Shown piece by piece: positions 23,392 through 36,367 of a stretch of 64,000 bases of DNA (its first letter is position 1; each line of letters begins with the position of its first letter). The DNA is taken from assembly GCA_973895155.1 (NCBI GenBank), contig OZ316891.1, positions 11,037,875-11,101,874 of the forward strand. Reading direction: 5' to 3'. Below the pieces are notes generated by a model. That model made no database searches and was not told the origin of the DNA. It was given only the letters and a program-made list of their open reading frames with translations. Origin of the DNA: Marsupella aquatica (Eukaryota; Plantae; Marchantiophyta). Position numbers and translations under genes: made by a program.

Positions 23392-26300
23392 ATGTCCTTC
23401 AAAGAAGGGCAGACTCTGGCAGATTTTCGTCTAAAATGTGTTGGTGCAGTAGAGTTTGACTTTGATTTTTGGGATGAGAGGTTGCCTGGTCGAGTCCGGC
23501 GCTTTTCAGAGAAGACTGTTGGGGTGACTGAACTTCAAGGGACAATTTACGTCATTACAGAGTTACCTCAGTTGCCTTGCCTGCGGAGAGGGTCACTATT
23601 GGTTCCTCTCATTCATCTGCTGCCACTGTGTCCAATGTGGCAGGCACGACTCCATTGTCTCAAGGACAAACACAAGGTGTGCCAGTACAGGCTACTGTAC
23701 AGCCTGTCACGGGCTCCTTTGAGTCTCACCTCATGTTTGAGGCTGCATCAAAGGCCTGGAATGATGAGTGGGTGAAGCTACGATCCTGGGTAAACCAGAA
23801 GGGCTTTGGTGAGCACAAGTGGAAAGTGCGGACGTGGGATGAGGGAGGGGAGTGTCGAGGTCATCTAGAATGCTTAGAGTGTAGGGAGACTTATGGGAAT
23901 GCAGCCACTTCACAGGTGCTCAAGTCCATCGCAAATTGCTTTAGCAACTTCAAGACAAAGCACCTGACCAACCCTAAACACAAGGAGAACTGGTGTAAGC
24001 GAAGGGGTTTAGCTAGAGCTTTGGTGATGGCTGTTGACACTATACAGCAACCACTGTTTGATCATAGTATGCAAATAGGGGCTGGTGTGGAAATAGTGGG
24101 AAAGTTGAATGCAGAGGTAGGTGGGGTGGTAGAAGTGTTCTCTATCACACCATCTCCCACTGATCCAACATTTGCATAGAGGTCATTCCTGTTTAAGGTC
24201 AGATGTACAGTCTGTGGCAAGCTACATACTGACATGTGCCCTAAGAAATCCAATTTGGAACACAATTTAAGGCAACACCTTGTCAGTCGGGATCATATGG
24301 ATGCACTTGAGAACGTTGTCACCAGTACCCAAGCTGCACTGAGGGCAGGGAAGAAGGGGAGACCAAGGAAGCCTGATGCTCGTGATCTGTTTCCATCTCA
24401 AAATTCTATTCTGAATTTCTTTAGAGAGGACAGCTCTGCTGCAGGGAGCAGTTCAGGCAGAGGTGGGTTGTATTCCTCCATTGAGCCAAGTTTAAGTTTG
24501 CTTTGTTGGGGCCTGTGGGAGTCAGAGGTGAAGTGGACAGGGGATTCTATCGCTGTGAAAGGCATACTTGATGATCAAGAGGGAGGAAATGTGTGGGATT
24601 GTGACCGTACAACCTGTGCTCAGGTTTTCAATGTAACTAGTCAGTCAGTTGTTGGTATACAAGGTTGTTTTAGGCACAAGCAATGTCACAGGGTGTCCAT
24701 TAATGGAGGTGGTTTTCAAAACCTCACTTGCACTCTATGTGATTCTATAAAATGTGAAGATGATTTTCGTGGCAGGGTGCACAGGGAAGCGGAAGCATTA
24801 GTGCAGAGAGGAGACAGGACTACACAGGGTGGGATGAGGTTGGCATACTTGACCAAAACCGAACTGAGGGAACATGTTGGTAACCTCACCACTCGCTTTA
24901 GGAAACAACGTTGGCTGTTGGCACAACAGGCTCAGAAAATTTGTGCCCTAAGTGTTAGGCGAAAGAAGCTAGAAGATTTATTAGGAGTAGCCCATGATAG
25001 GAAAGATTTAAGACTGTTTCTGAGAAATATTGTGAATGGACATAGATGTGGTGCTTTTGGTGGCAAGGAAGGGTTGTGGGATTTCCTGACAGATGTAGCT
25101 AAGAACTTGCAGAGAGTTGCTAAGGGTTATCGATACAGTAAGAGAACCAAGGCCTTCTCCCAAGCCATGTTTCAGTTTGGAGGCAGACAAGTGGCTCATT
25201 GTTTCCAGGCTAACCTAGGTGGTCCAGGTCTGAAGACCTTGAAACGTGATAGAGCAAAACTCCCACCCTTTAGAGCTGGCATTCGAAAAGAGATATTCCA
25301 GGAGGTGTGCAGAGTACTATGTGCATCAAAGCAGTCACTTGGAGTTGTAGGAGATGTACCAGTAATGTTTGCTGAGGATGAAACAAGGATCAAAGAGAGA
25401 CCCAGGTTTGTGTTTTTGTCTCTATAGTAAATTAGCTTGTTTTTTTTAATGTGTTGGGTGAGTTTGCATGTCATGAACTGATGTCTGTATTCTATTGTGT
25501 GTGACAGATGGGAAGCTAAATATGACACCCTCATTGGTTTCTGTGGCCCCTTAGAAGAGCACACATGTTCTTTTGGCTTGGAAGTACTGGTTGGAGCAGG
25601 TACTAAAGGGTATGACAAGATTGTAAGTACTTTTGAGCAGTATGCCAAAGGCATGTATGCTAGAGTAATCATTGTCAATCCTCTGCATGCAAAGATGCCT
25701 AAATTGGCATTGTGTGTTCTACCAACATGTAACAAGTTTAGAGCTCCCTGGGTAAGAGAGCATTGGGTGCAGCTGAAGTCCATGTGGGACACACATTGCA
25801 GAGACAGTGTTGGTCCTTTGTTGGGCCATGCTAGTGATGGTGATGCTCGTCGTAGGAAATTGATGATGGAAGATTATACTATTGTGAATGGTTCCTTTCC
25901 TAGGTAGTACAGTGTAGGATGGGTTGGGTGGCAATACTCAGTGTCCATACTTCCGAATGGAGATCTATATGGTTTTGGAGACCAAGACCCACCTCACAAT
26001 GGCAAGAAGGCAATTAACCCATTGGACCGAGTGTCTGCTATGTTAGTTCTTGGTGATCAACATGCATCTTTGTCATATGTCACATCTGTTTATAACCATT
26101 ATGCAATTCATGAGCATGGTTTGCATTGGGATGATGTGAATAGGACAGATAGACAAAATTGGGCTGGCCCACAACGAATAGCTTCCAGGAGAGTGCAGGC
26201 CTGCCTGCAGCATATGTATGAGTGACGAGATGTTCGTCATGACAGAAGCTTTGGGACCATGATATACTTGGAGGTTTGTGCAGACTACATAGATATTTTC

Positions 26301-27908
26301 TTCTCTGTTAAGCATGACCTAAGAACCCATGTTGTCTTGGCATCAAAGGTATCTTGGTTCTTCCGATTGTGGAGGCTATGGTTGAGGTATGGTGATCATT
26401 CTGTGACAGGGAATGCTGGATCTATCACAGAGAAGAACATGATTTCTGTGCAGGCTTTCCATGATATCAACATGTCTTGTCATTTTGTAGTATTGTTAAT
26501 CTGTGCCTTTCGGGACAAGTTCCCATATCTGCAAGTTCCATTTCACTTGCTGGGATCAGATTGTTGTGAGGTATTTTTCAGCAAGGTAGGTGGCATGAGT
26601 GGCCATGAGAGAAATTATGACTTTGGATCTCTACTGGACAGTGCAGTGGGACTGAATCGACTAGCTGGATTAGAGTATGGACCAGAGGGATTGAAGATAC
26701 GTCGATCACATGATAAATAGGATCATGTTTGGGCAACTTTACATCCTCTGGATGAAGGAGAACAAGCTCCAAATTTATTTGATTACTCTGCAGTTCAGAC
26801 TAATGAGCTGGTTGTTGATGCTCTAAAGGAAGGTTTGCAGGAAGCAAAGGATTTGTTGTGCAAGCTGAACATGTCACCAAGGAGTTCTTTGCCAGCAGCA
26901 AAAAGACGATGGTGGGTTTATCCTTGGGAGGTGGAGGCAGAGACTTGGCCGAATACAAGTGTCATGAAAGAGGTTGTGTTATGTGATGATGCTGAAGACA
27001 CAATTGAGCATCGATCTACTGTAGGCCCTAGACCTGAGCCCCCAATTGGAGAGTTTCTAGAGTTTGAAGATCCTGAAGAAGATCTCAATCGGATTGATTC
27101 ATGGGACACTCTGGACAGTCAGGATTGTATTGAGCCACTAACAGTTGAAGATTGTTCGATTGAGGTGGACACTAACCCATTTTGTGAGATGGAGACACTA
27201 GGACATGAAGTAAGGCATGTCTTGGCTGGAGTTCAAGCAGACTTAACTGATGTGCAGACACCCCGGTCAGTAGTGTCTACTGTAACTTATGAGGGAAGGA
27301 CTATCTACAAGTCCACTCTTGTGAGTCAATTGTGCTGCAATCCTTTCATGTCAAAGGATAGGCTAACTAGGATAGCCCAGAAGACCTATTACACTACTGG
27401 TAAGGAGAAGGAAAATGGTGACTCTGTGACTTGTTTGGTTGACATTGGTACTGATATAGCAGTTTTGTTTGAGTCTGTTGTAGAGGTTGGTCCTTCTACC
27501 AGATCATCCAAGTCAAAGAAGAGGAAGGGAATAGATAAAGGGTCTGTTGTTGACGCAACATCTGCAAAGAAAGAATATTGGTTGGGTAGGATTGAGTTTA
27601 TGATATAGAAGAATGGCTCCCATTGGGTCAGACGTCGGAAAGCAATAGATCTGTTGGACAGACCTGTACCTGCAGTTGGACAGAGTGGAAGTGTGTGCCG
27701 CTTGCAGTGTAATTGGTACAAATCTACTGGTAACAACAAAACTTTGTTCACTTATGATGCAACAGATGGACAATGGATTGATATTGAGATGGTAATTTCA
27801 AATGTGAACTTGACAATGAAGTCTGGGATAGTTGATAGAGTGTATGTACTAGATGCAAGTGACTTGCAGGCTTTGACTACATACATTCAAAGTGTGAGTA
27901 AATTGTGA
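23392..27908 (+). pseudogene. P-element-superfamily-like DDE transposase with N-terminal zinc fingers (~1,450 codons), decayed
   Basis: ORFs starting at 23577, 24234, 25497, 25941, 26259, 26835 and 27654 share one frame. They are separated by single stops and a GT-AG intron at 25406-25507. Motifs: CLEC..HLTNPKH, CTVC..HLVSRDH, FAEDETRI, HASDGDARRR, DQDPPHNGKK, DRQN, GSDCCEVFFS. Confidence 0.7.
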
Positions 27909-28054
27909 TATATAATTGACTATTGTTTATTAAAAGTAGTTTGTTGTGTGTGTATGTGATGCATGTGTAGGGTTAGTGGGAGGGAGTAGAGTAGGGGATG
28001 GCGGATTGGCAAATTGAGATTTATGCTCAATCAGGGGTTCAATTCCCCTCTGTC

Positions 28055-28138
28055 ATGTGGACATCATCATGCATGAGTCTGTGAAGGAAGGTAGAGATGT
28101 GGACATCATCATGCAGGAGTTTGTGAAACAAGGTAGAG
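28055..28138. repeat. 42-bp tandem duplication
   Basis: atgtggacatcatcatgca.gagt.tgtgaa..aaggtagag occurs twice. Confidence 0.85.
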
Positions 28139-28478
28139 TACCGATGCCTTGAATAGGCAACCTATGGTGTTCGGTTACCTATTCATAGTATCTGGCACCC
28201 ACCATGCTTCACTATTCAAGAGTGAAAACTACAAGTTGGATGATGATGAATGCAATTTACAAGATATTCAGCTTCATGATGTAAATTCATTGAATGTATT
28301 GGAAATGCGCATCAATTTGCACAAATGGCTCTACATTATTGAGGTACTTTACTTTTCTTAATAGGCATTTTTTAAATCATCATAAAACTTTCCATAAAGT
28401 TTTATAGGGGTAAACAATTCAAAAAATGGTCGCTTTTCAGAAAGTAAGGGAGTGGGGAAAAACAATTTCACTTAAAAG

Positions 28479-28545
28479 TTAGGGGGTCCAGACCCTAAAA
28501 CGTCGCACGTGATGTAGAGCCCTACATAGAGTGACCCCCCCCGAG
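28479..28545. other. Candidate transposon terminus: two hairpins followed by a C8 run
   Basis: ttaggg..ccctaa (28479-28498) and atgtag-agcc-ctacat (28512-28527), then agagtgacccccccc. Copia homology starts abruptly at 28546. Confidence 0.55.
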
Positions 28546-29611
28546 AAGAAGATCGGACTCAATCTTCTCACAAGTGTGAAGCACACAACCAGGGGCTCAT
28601 TTCAATGAAGCAATGAAGGTCTGGGGTCAGAAACGGAAACAATTGTAAGTGACGGTTTTCAATTTATGTTATCGGGCAAGAGATAAGGTCAATTTCTCAG
28701 ATCACTTTTTTTTATTGTTCTATCGGGACTTGAAACTGAAATACGCTTGAGCGCCTTGTCTTTCTAGACGTTTCGATATCAACATCGTTGAATTCCGTCA
28801 AACGGTTGAGAAGCAATCTTAATTTCAATTCTCGTTTTTTGAGCTCGAAATTTTGGCTATGGCGGATAACTTAATATCAGTCACTTTCACCGAATTGTTT
28901 CTCCCTCATTACTCCACCGTTTTGTGAGTTCTTTATATCAATCTTGATGCCCTCGAAGTCTAGTTTCTGAATCTGAAATCAGAATTGGATTTCGTCAAAA
29001 ACGGAGACGGGAATTTGAGTGAATCCGTCAAGGGGTCCTTTCTGCCGCGAGTAGTCGCGACTTCCGCGGACGCACGAGGAGGTCAAAAACTTCGAGGAGG
29101 CCTTTTAGGGCTCGACAGGGCTCGGGCAGGGGGAAGTGCCCCATGTGAAGTCCCCCACAGGGGCTGTACAAGGGCGGACGGAATTTCCCGAAAAGATTCT
29201 TTTTCCAAAGGCTTAAATTTTTATCGAAGGTCAAAAAGTCCGAGCGGCAAATAAAATCGGATCAACTTCAACTTTTGGAGAGGCATACTTGGGGAAGCTA
29301 GGCTAGTATTGGTGCGTTCGATTCTGAAAAAGTATACTAGTGGAATCTTTGGCATAAGAGATTCCCTCGAGGGGTAATTATTCCATCTTTTACCCCCCTC
29401 CGGTCGGAGTAAAAATTCTCGGCACTCGAGAGTCCATTTGACAAACCGTTTTCAGAATTTGGAGCGTTACCTTGTGGGCTACACGTAGGAGTGATCAGTT
29501 TCAAAATTCACCAACTTTCATTTTTGGCCTTATTTTCACACCCCACATATGAGCATTCGATGTTTAATTCTTGTCGGAAGATGACTTCACACTACATTTG
29601 GCATTCCAACA

Positions 29612-32600
29612 ATGGCGACTACAAGGATTGGAGGTCAAAGGTTTGAGGTGGAAAAGTTTGATGGTCGGATGGACTATACAATGTGGGAACGTAACGTGAG
29701 GAATGCACTTAGGGCGATGGGCCTAGACAAGGTACTAAGAACTCAACCCAAGGAGATGGAAGATGATGATTGACATGATCTCCAGGATCAAGTGGTAAGT
29801 ATTATTGGCATGTACCTGAAAAACAATGTGAAGAAGCAGTTCGAGAAAAAAACAACACAAACGGTGATGGACTTGTTTCAAGCATTGCACAACAAGTACT
29901 ACAAGAAGGAGATGTCAAACTGAATGTATGCAAGCCTGAAGTTCATGCAATTCAAAGTGGTTGATGGAGTCAAGATTCAAGATCATATCGATCAGTTCAA
30001 TGATCTTGTGGTTGACCTAGAGAATTTGAGAGAGCATTTGAGCGAAGAAAAGAAAACTTTACAACTCTTGAGCTCACTACCACCTTCGTACCAATCTTTG
30101 TCTCGAGTTCTTCTATTCCATGATAAGACAACTATATCCTACAACGATGTGGTGAGTGCTCTGTTAACCGATGACATGCAGTCTAAGCTGGTTTCTTCAA
30201 CACATCCTACCTCAACCTCATCATCAACAGCACTGTTGGTAGAAAGAGGCAAATCAAGGGAGCCATCTCATGAAAACAAAAGGTTTAACCCACTTCCCAT
30301 GGAGCGAGGAAGGTTCCACGACCGATCTTTTGGTAGGAGGAGGTTTAAATCCAGATCTAGATCTCGATCCAAATCACCATCCAAGTCTACTCGTGAGATA
30401 AAGTGTTGGAAGTGTAACAAAGTGGGCCACATGAAGAAGGATTGTCGTGTCAAAGACACATTCAAGGAAGTTGTCGGTTCTTCAACCCAAGTAGTTGTTC
30501 GAGAAGAGGATAGTGAAGGATTTGCATTGTGTACCACTTCCCAAGTTGAGGATTGTCAATGGATCTTGGATTCCGCTTGCTCGTATCACATGTGCTATAT
30601 GCGTGAACTTTTCTCATCCTACACTCCTATCCACGGATCTGTTTTGATGGGAAATAATCATTCTTGCAAAGTTTTAGGGATTGGATCCGTAAAGATTCAA
30701 CTACCCGGTGGCAAGTACTGTACTCTATCAAATGTCAGACACATTCCAGAAATGTGTAAGAATTTGATTTCTTTTGGCTACTTGGATGCGAAGGGTTATC
30801 AATGGAGTGCAACTGATGGGGTGTTAACAGTCACGCATGGATCAACTGAAGTTCTTATTGGCAAGAGGAAAAGAAATATTTATATCTTGGAAGACACCAC
30901 ACTTCTTGCCGAAGTCAATTTGGTCACATCTCAGGAGGAGAAAATCAATTTATGGCATGCTCGGCTTGGTCACATGAGTGAAAAAAGTTTGGAAATCCTA
31001 CACAAGCGACATCTCCTACCAGGATTGCAAGCATGCAAGTTGAGTTTTTGTGATCATTGCATTGTCGGCAAGAAAACAAGAACTCCATTTTCGACTGCCA
31101 TTCATCATTCTAAAGTTGTATTTGAGTATATTCATTCCGATGTGTGGGGTCCTGCTTCGGTTTCCTCACATTCAAGCAAACAATACTATGTATCGTTTAT
31201 CGATGATTACTCAAGGTTTGTTTGGATTTATTTCATTGCCCATAAGTTTGAAGTGCTTTCCATCTTCAAACAATGGGTAGCTCAAGTTGAGACACAGACT
31301 GCAAAGAATGTGAGATATCTACGATCAGATAATGGTGGTGAATACACCTCTGGGCGAGTTCAACGCGTATTGTGCAAATAAGGGAATTACTCACCATCTC
31401 ACAACTATGTACACTCCTGAGAAAAATTGTGTTGCTGAGCGACTCAACCGCACATTGTTGGAGCGAGCAAGGAGCATGTTGAGCCACTCTAAATTGCCAT
31501 AAATCTTTTGGGCGGAAGCTGTCAACATAGCTGCTTATCTAGTAAATCTCTCTCCTAGTCGGACAATTACTTACAAAACCCCCTTTGAGCTATGGCACAA
31601 TCGACCTGCTGATTATTCAAAGCTTAGGTTTTTTGGCTGTGAAGCATATGCACATGTTCCTAGCAATAATAGGACTAAGCTAGATCCTAGAGCCCAGAAA
31701 TGCATTTTTCTTGGTTATCAGCGTGAAGTTAAAGGTTATCGGTTGTGGGATTCAGTTGATTGCAAGTTACTTGTTAGTCGGGATATATCCTTCAATGAAG
31801 AAAAATCATTGAAGGAGGGGGAGATAGATCAATTCCCTACTACTAACAAAGAGCAATCTCCTACTCTAGAGGATATAAGGGGAAAGGATGTGTCAGATAA
31901 AGAATATGTTGACACCACTATAAGGCAAAGCACACTGCAATCAGATCAACCAGAGTCTTCAGTGCGAAGAAGAACTCGCAAACGTCAAGCTCGGGAAAGG
32001 TATGGAACTTGGCTTTCTTCTGATCAAGTGGATTTGGATGAAGAATCTATTGATGTATTGGTGATAGAAGATAGAGATCCATCCTCATTTTGAGAGGTCC
32101 CAGCTTCTATGGAGAAGTAACAGTGGCAAGCGGCAATGCGCATGGAAATGAAATCACTTCATGATAACAAGACTTGGGAACTCACAAGTCTACCTAGTGA
32201 CAAGAAGGTTGTTGATAGCAAGTGGGTGTATAAGAAGAAAGATGGACCCACTGAGGATGCTGAGAAGATATTTAAGGCTCGGTTGGTAGCCAAGGGTTTT
32301 ACTCAACAAAAAGGTATAGACTACAATGAGGTTTTTTCACCCGTAGCAAAGTATTCAACAATACGTTTGCTATGTGCTCTTGTAGTTTTATTTGATCTGG
32401 TTTTAGATCAAATGGATGTTGTCACGGCATTCTTATATGGATCGTTGGATGAGGTGATGTACATGAGGCAACCAGAGGGTTTTGTGCAAAAGGGCAAGGC
32501 AAATTTGCTATGCAGGTTGCTAAAATCCTTGTATGGATTAAAGCAGAGCCCAAGGCAGTGGAACAAGCGTTTTGATGAATTTTTGAAATCGCTTGGATTT

Positions 32601-33647
32601 ATGCAAAGCGTGTACAATCCATGTGTTTACATAAGGCGTGTGAACAACACAGGTTTTAAGCTTATCATCCATGTATTTTTTGTGGATGACATGCTCATTG
32701 CAGCACAGGATAGGGTCGAAGTTGATAAGCTTAAGGCCCAACTTAGTTCTGAGTTTAAGATGAAGGATTTGGGCACAGCCAAGAGGATCCTAGGCACGAA
32801 GATTGTCAGGGATGTTAACAAAGCCAAACTTTGGCTGATGCAGAAAAGATATGTAGAGAAGGTACTCTCAAAATTCAACATGGCAGATGCTAAGGCTGTG
32901 AGTGTTCCTTTGGCAAGACATTTCAATATTTCTGCAGCATTTTGTCCATCGGATGCGACAGAAAAAAGTTTGATGTCCAAAGTTCCTTATGAAAGTGTTG
33001 TGGGTAGTTTAATGTATCTCATGGTATGCACCCGACCAGACATAGCTTATGCCGTTAGCAAAGTAAGCAGATACATGGCAAATCCAGGAAAAATTCATTG
33101 GGAAGCAATGAAATGGATTTTGCGCTACATCAGAGGTTCCACTAAGAAGGGTTTATTGTTTGATGCAAGTTCAAACAATATGAAAGTGCTTCAAGGTTAT
33201 GTGGATGCAGACTACGCAGGTGATCTGGATAAGAGAAGATCGACAATTGGATATGTATTTACACTTGCTGGTGGATGCATTAGTTGGAAGTCTAGTCTCC
33301 AAAAGTGTGTTGCAAAGTCTACTATGGATGCCGAGTATGTAGCAGCAGCAGAAGCAACATCAGAGACCATTTGGTTGAAAAAGCTTGTCACGGAGATGGG
33401 TTTATCACAGGAGTGTGTATATCTTCATTGTGACAGTCAAAGTGTAATTTACACTGCCAAGAATCAGGTGATGGATGGCAGGGTAAAGCACATTGATGTC
33501 CGCTATCATTTCATCCGACAAGCATTATCGGATGATGAATTTGAGCTTGTCAAGATTGATGGAAAGCTTAATCCAACGGATGCTTTTACCAAAGTATTAG
33601 ACTCCAATAGTTTTTCAAGGCATTGTAATTATTTACAAATATTGTAA
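29612..33647 (+). pseudogene. Copia gag-pol (gag, CCHC, protease, integrase, RT, RNase H) with multiple stops and frameshifts
   Basis: CWKCNKVGHMKKDC, WILDSACSYHM, LWHARLGH, IHSDVWGP, LRSDNGGEY, KARLVAKGF, QMDVVTAFL, VDDMLI, GYVDADYAGD, KHIDVRYHFIR. Confidence 0.95.
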
Positions 33648-33841
33648 ATATAGAGTTAACCAAGAAAATGTCTCTATATGAGTACTCCATCCGATGGCTT
33701 ATCGGCTACGGCTTAGTTCTAGTTAACCCTTGCATTAGGGGAAGGGTCTTTTGGCCCTACTGTCTTGAACTTCCCGCGGAGGAACTTGTAAGGAAAAGGC
33801 AATGTTATGAACCCTCCCAAGACGTGAGTCAAGGGGGAGTT

Positions 33842-34164
33842 TGTAGAGGTTAACTCAGTCTTGGGTTGAACTATGGTTAGTATGTTAACTAGGGTTAGAG
33901 TAAACCCTAGTTGAAGAGTTGGTCCTTATCTCTTCAACTTCTATGTGGTGTGAGAACACACAAGATAGTTCTCAAGAGAGAACCAGGGGATATAGCAAGA
34001 GATGAAAGCTTGAAGAGATGAGAGCTATGGTGATGCTTGAGTAGACACATAACCGTTAATAAAGCTTGGTCTTCCCGTGGACGTAGCCAACCTTGAGGCA
34101 AACCACGTAACTATTGAGCACGTGTATGTTTGGAGTGTTTTTCCTGATCTGATTTCTCCCCACA
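33842..34164 (+). repeat. Copia 3' LTR (copy 1)
   Basis: tgtagagg...ccccaca; same family as 49280-49601 and 55002-55323. Confidence 0.95.
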
Positions 34165-35808
34165 TTAGCTAGCTCTAAGTGCAAATTCCATAGGCACAAA
34201 ACATGGTTTCGGGCATGGTTTAGTGCAAGGTATCCTATTCATTCTCTTTATTTTGTAGAGTTTGCAACTTTTTTGCACCTTTTCATATCAGGCTTGAAAT
34301 CAGGCTTGAAATCATTTTGCTAGATGACAGTTGATAAGTGCATTTTTCTCTACTTAGAAAGGTAAACTACTAGTAAAGTAAAGAAACATTTTCTATAATT
34401 TTAGAATGTCTGATCCTTCAAAACATCATCCACAATAGGGGGCTCCGTATAGAGAGACCTGCCAGGTTAGCACTAGTAAGCAAAAACCATTGGAGCCTAA
34501 GTTTAAGTGGGTGTAATTGTCACTGTCCATGCTCAAAACCTTGCGTATTTAGGTGACCTCAATTATCTAATCAACAATGTTCTTAACATTGTAAACTAGT
34601 GAGCAAGAAGTGCCTGTTTTATTGTCCCACAACTTCAGTGTGTCAGAGTGGTAATTTAAACCAAAGACAGTCTTAAAACTTAGTAAAGGACAACAAGTAT
34701 GACTCATTCTCCAGTGCATTTGGAAAGCCATAACCCACCACGTCCACTCTGGACATAGTTCCATGAGCATAAACCAATCTGCATACACTCTCTAGAGTAG
34801 ACAGTTCATGAGTATAAGAGCAACCAGGGTAGTTTACTAGCTAGAGGTAGGTAAAGAGAAGACACCCTTCAGGTGTTAACCCACGGGAATTGGGGGTCTT
34901 ACATGAAGTATCAAAGATAAAGCACAAGAGTTTGCTTGTTTGCAATCAGAATGACAATAGACGTAGTCTTGAGAAACTGAATAGAAAGCAGGATTATCTC
35001 CATCTTACCATTGGGACTCGTAGTGGGATGTGGACCTTTCCACCACCTAGTGGTTCCACGGGCTTTTTGGCCTGATTAGTTTTGTTGTTGTTTTGGGGTT
35101 CACTCAGTTTTGGCCTAGGTGGTGCTTTTGCGTGGGGTGGTTTTTGTCCCCTGGGTGGTGTTCGTGGCCCCGGCCAGTTAAGCCAGGGTGAAAAGAAACA
35201 TTTCTATCAAATGTGGACTGAACTCAATAGAACTAGTAACAAGTTCTGTAATAGGAGGTTACCTGGATTGGCGTAGGCCCAGCTCCCTTTGAGCAAACTC
35301 AGTAAGATTGGAACTTGGATGTGCGGGAGACTTGAACTGACAATCGGAGGTTGCACTCTGCTTGTGCTGTCCAATGTCAGCCTAGGTTGCACACTGCCCA
35401 GGAGTTGCCTCTGCTGTCCAATGTCCCAGCCCGTAGTTGGATTAAGTGCCACTAGGATATGCGCTAGGTTGCGGCTGCAACCTCACACCTCAATCCTAGC
35501 TTGCAGCTTCCCTACCCGCTTCCCTATAGATTGAAGTGACAAGCTCCATTTCACCGCACGCACAATGTTCTTTGAAGTCCCGCGCACCACAAGAGGTGGA
35601 TGGAGTAGTTAACAACTAGGAATCAGTGTGCTCACTGACGAGATGGTATCCAAGGGTGATTGCATATAACATTCTTCTTCCATCGGTAACAAAAACTTAA
35701 CACCGTAAGTAACAAGTATTAATCGGTCACGTACGGACAAAGGCCAGTATGGACCAGACATGATCAAAGTCTAGTAAACCCTAAGTACCATTGATACTCA
35801 ATTGTGAG

Positions 35809-36155
35809 TATTGAGCATATATATAAGACAATTGCAACGACAAGCCCATGACAAATCCAATGTGCAAGTAGTCAACAAAAGAGATACGTGGTTCACCTCC
35901 TCACGGTTACGTCCACGGGAACACACAAGAGAGCTCTACTGAGCTTTAAGTCCGTCAACCATACCAAGTCTCCACAGTGTAAGCTCTCCATATCTCTCAA
36001 GTGGCTCTGTGACAATGAGCCTTAGTTCCACTGATACTAGCAAGCACTGCTTAGGATATAGTGTGCAACTTAGCTAACCTAACCATATATTGACTATGGT
36101 TAGTCCAACTATGGTTACACATCGTAAACCTAGACATAAGAGTAAATACCTAATA
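35809..36155 (-). mobile_element. Solo LTR (Copia-type), TSD GTGAG
   Basis: GTGAG at 35804-35808 and 36156-36160. The ends are mutated (ta..ta). It carries the tacgtggttcacc..tacgtccacggg motif and is homologous to 55780-56124. Confidence 0.8.
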
Positions 36156-36328
36156 GTGAGAAACTGGTGCGTGTGTTGGGTACGTCAAGGGATTTAGTTT
36201 GGTCACACCGGGTGCTGGGAACAATGAATTAAAGGGTATTCACAATGGAACCAAATTGATACTTTGGGTAACTCCTAAATTAAGTAATAGTTTTTACAGC
36301 CTGAATTTGGGGCCTAGACATTGGAAAA

Positions 36329-36330
<2 letters not shown>

Positions 36331-36365
<35 letters not shown>
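36331..36365. repeat. (TA)n microsatellite
   Basis: Uninterrupted TA run. Confidence 0.95.

Positions 36366-36367
<2 letters not shown>

Larger units (their letters stand above)
28546..34164 (+). mobile_element. Ty1/Copia retrotransposon copy 1, lacking its 5' LTR and PBS
   Basis: Near-identical to 49707..55323. PPT aagggggag at 33831-33839; 3' LTR TG..CA at 33842-34164. Confidence 0.95.

Noticed and set aside
33668-33853. Conserved 61-aa ORF after pol in both Copia copies (also 54828-55013), a possible env-like gene
   Set aside because: Conservation simply reflects near-identity of the copies. It is short, runs into the PPT/LTR and has no recognisable motif.
34430-35560. Additional LTR-like or repeat fragments
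   Set aside because: The sequence looks repeat-derived, but I could not define ends, a TSD or a family.
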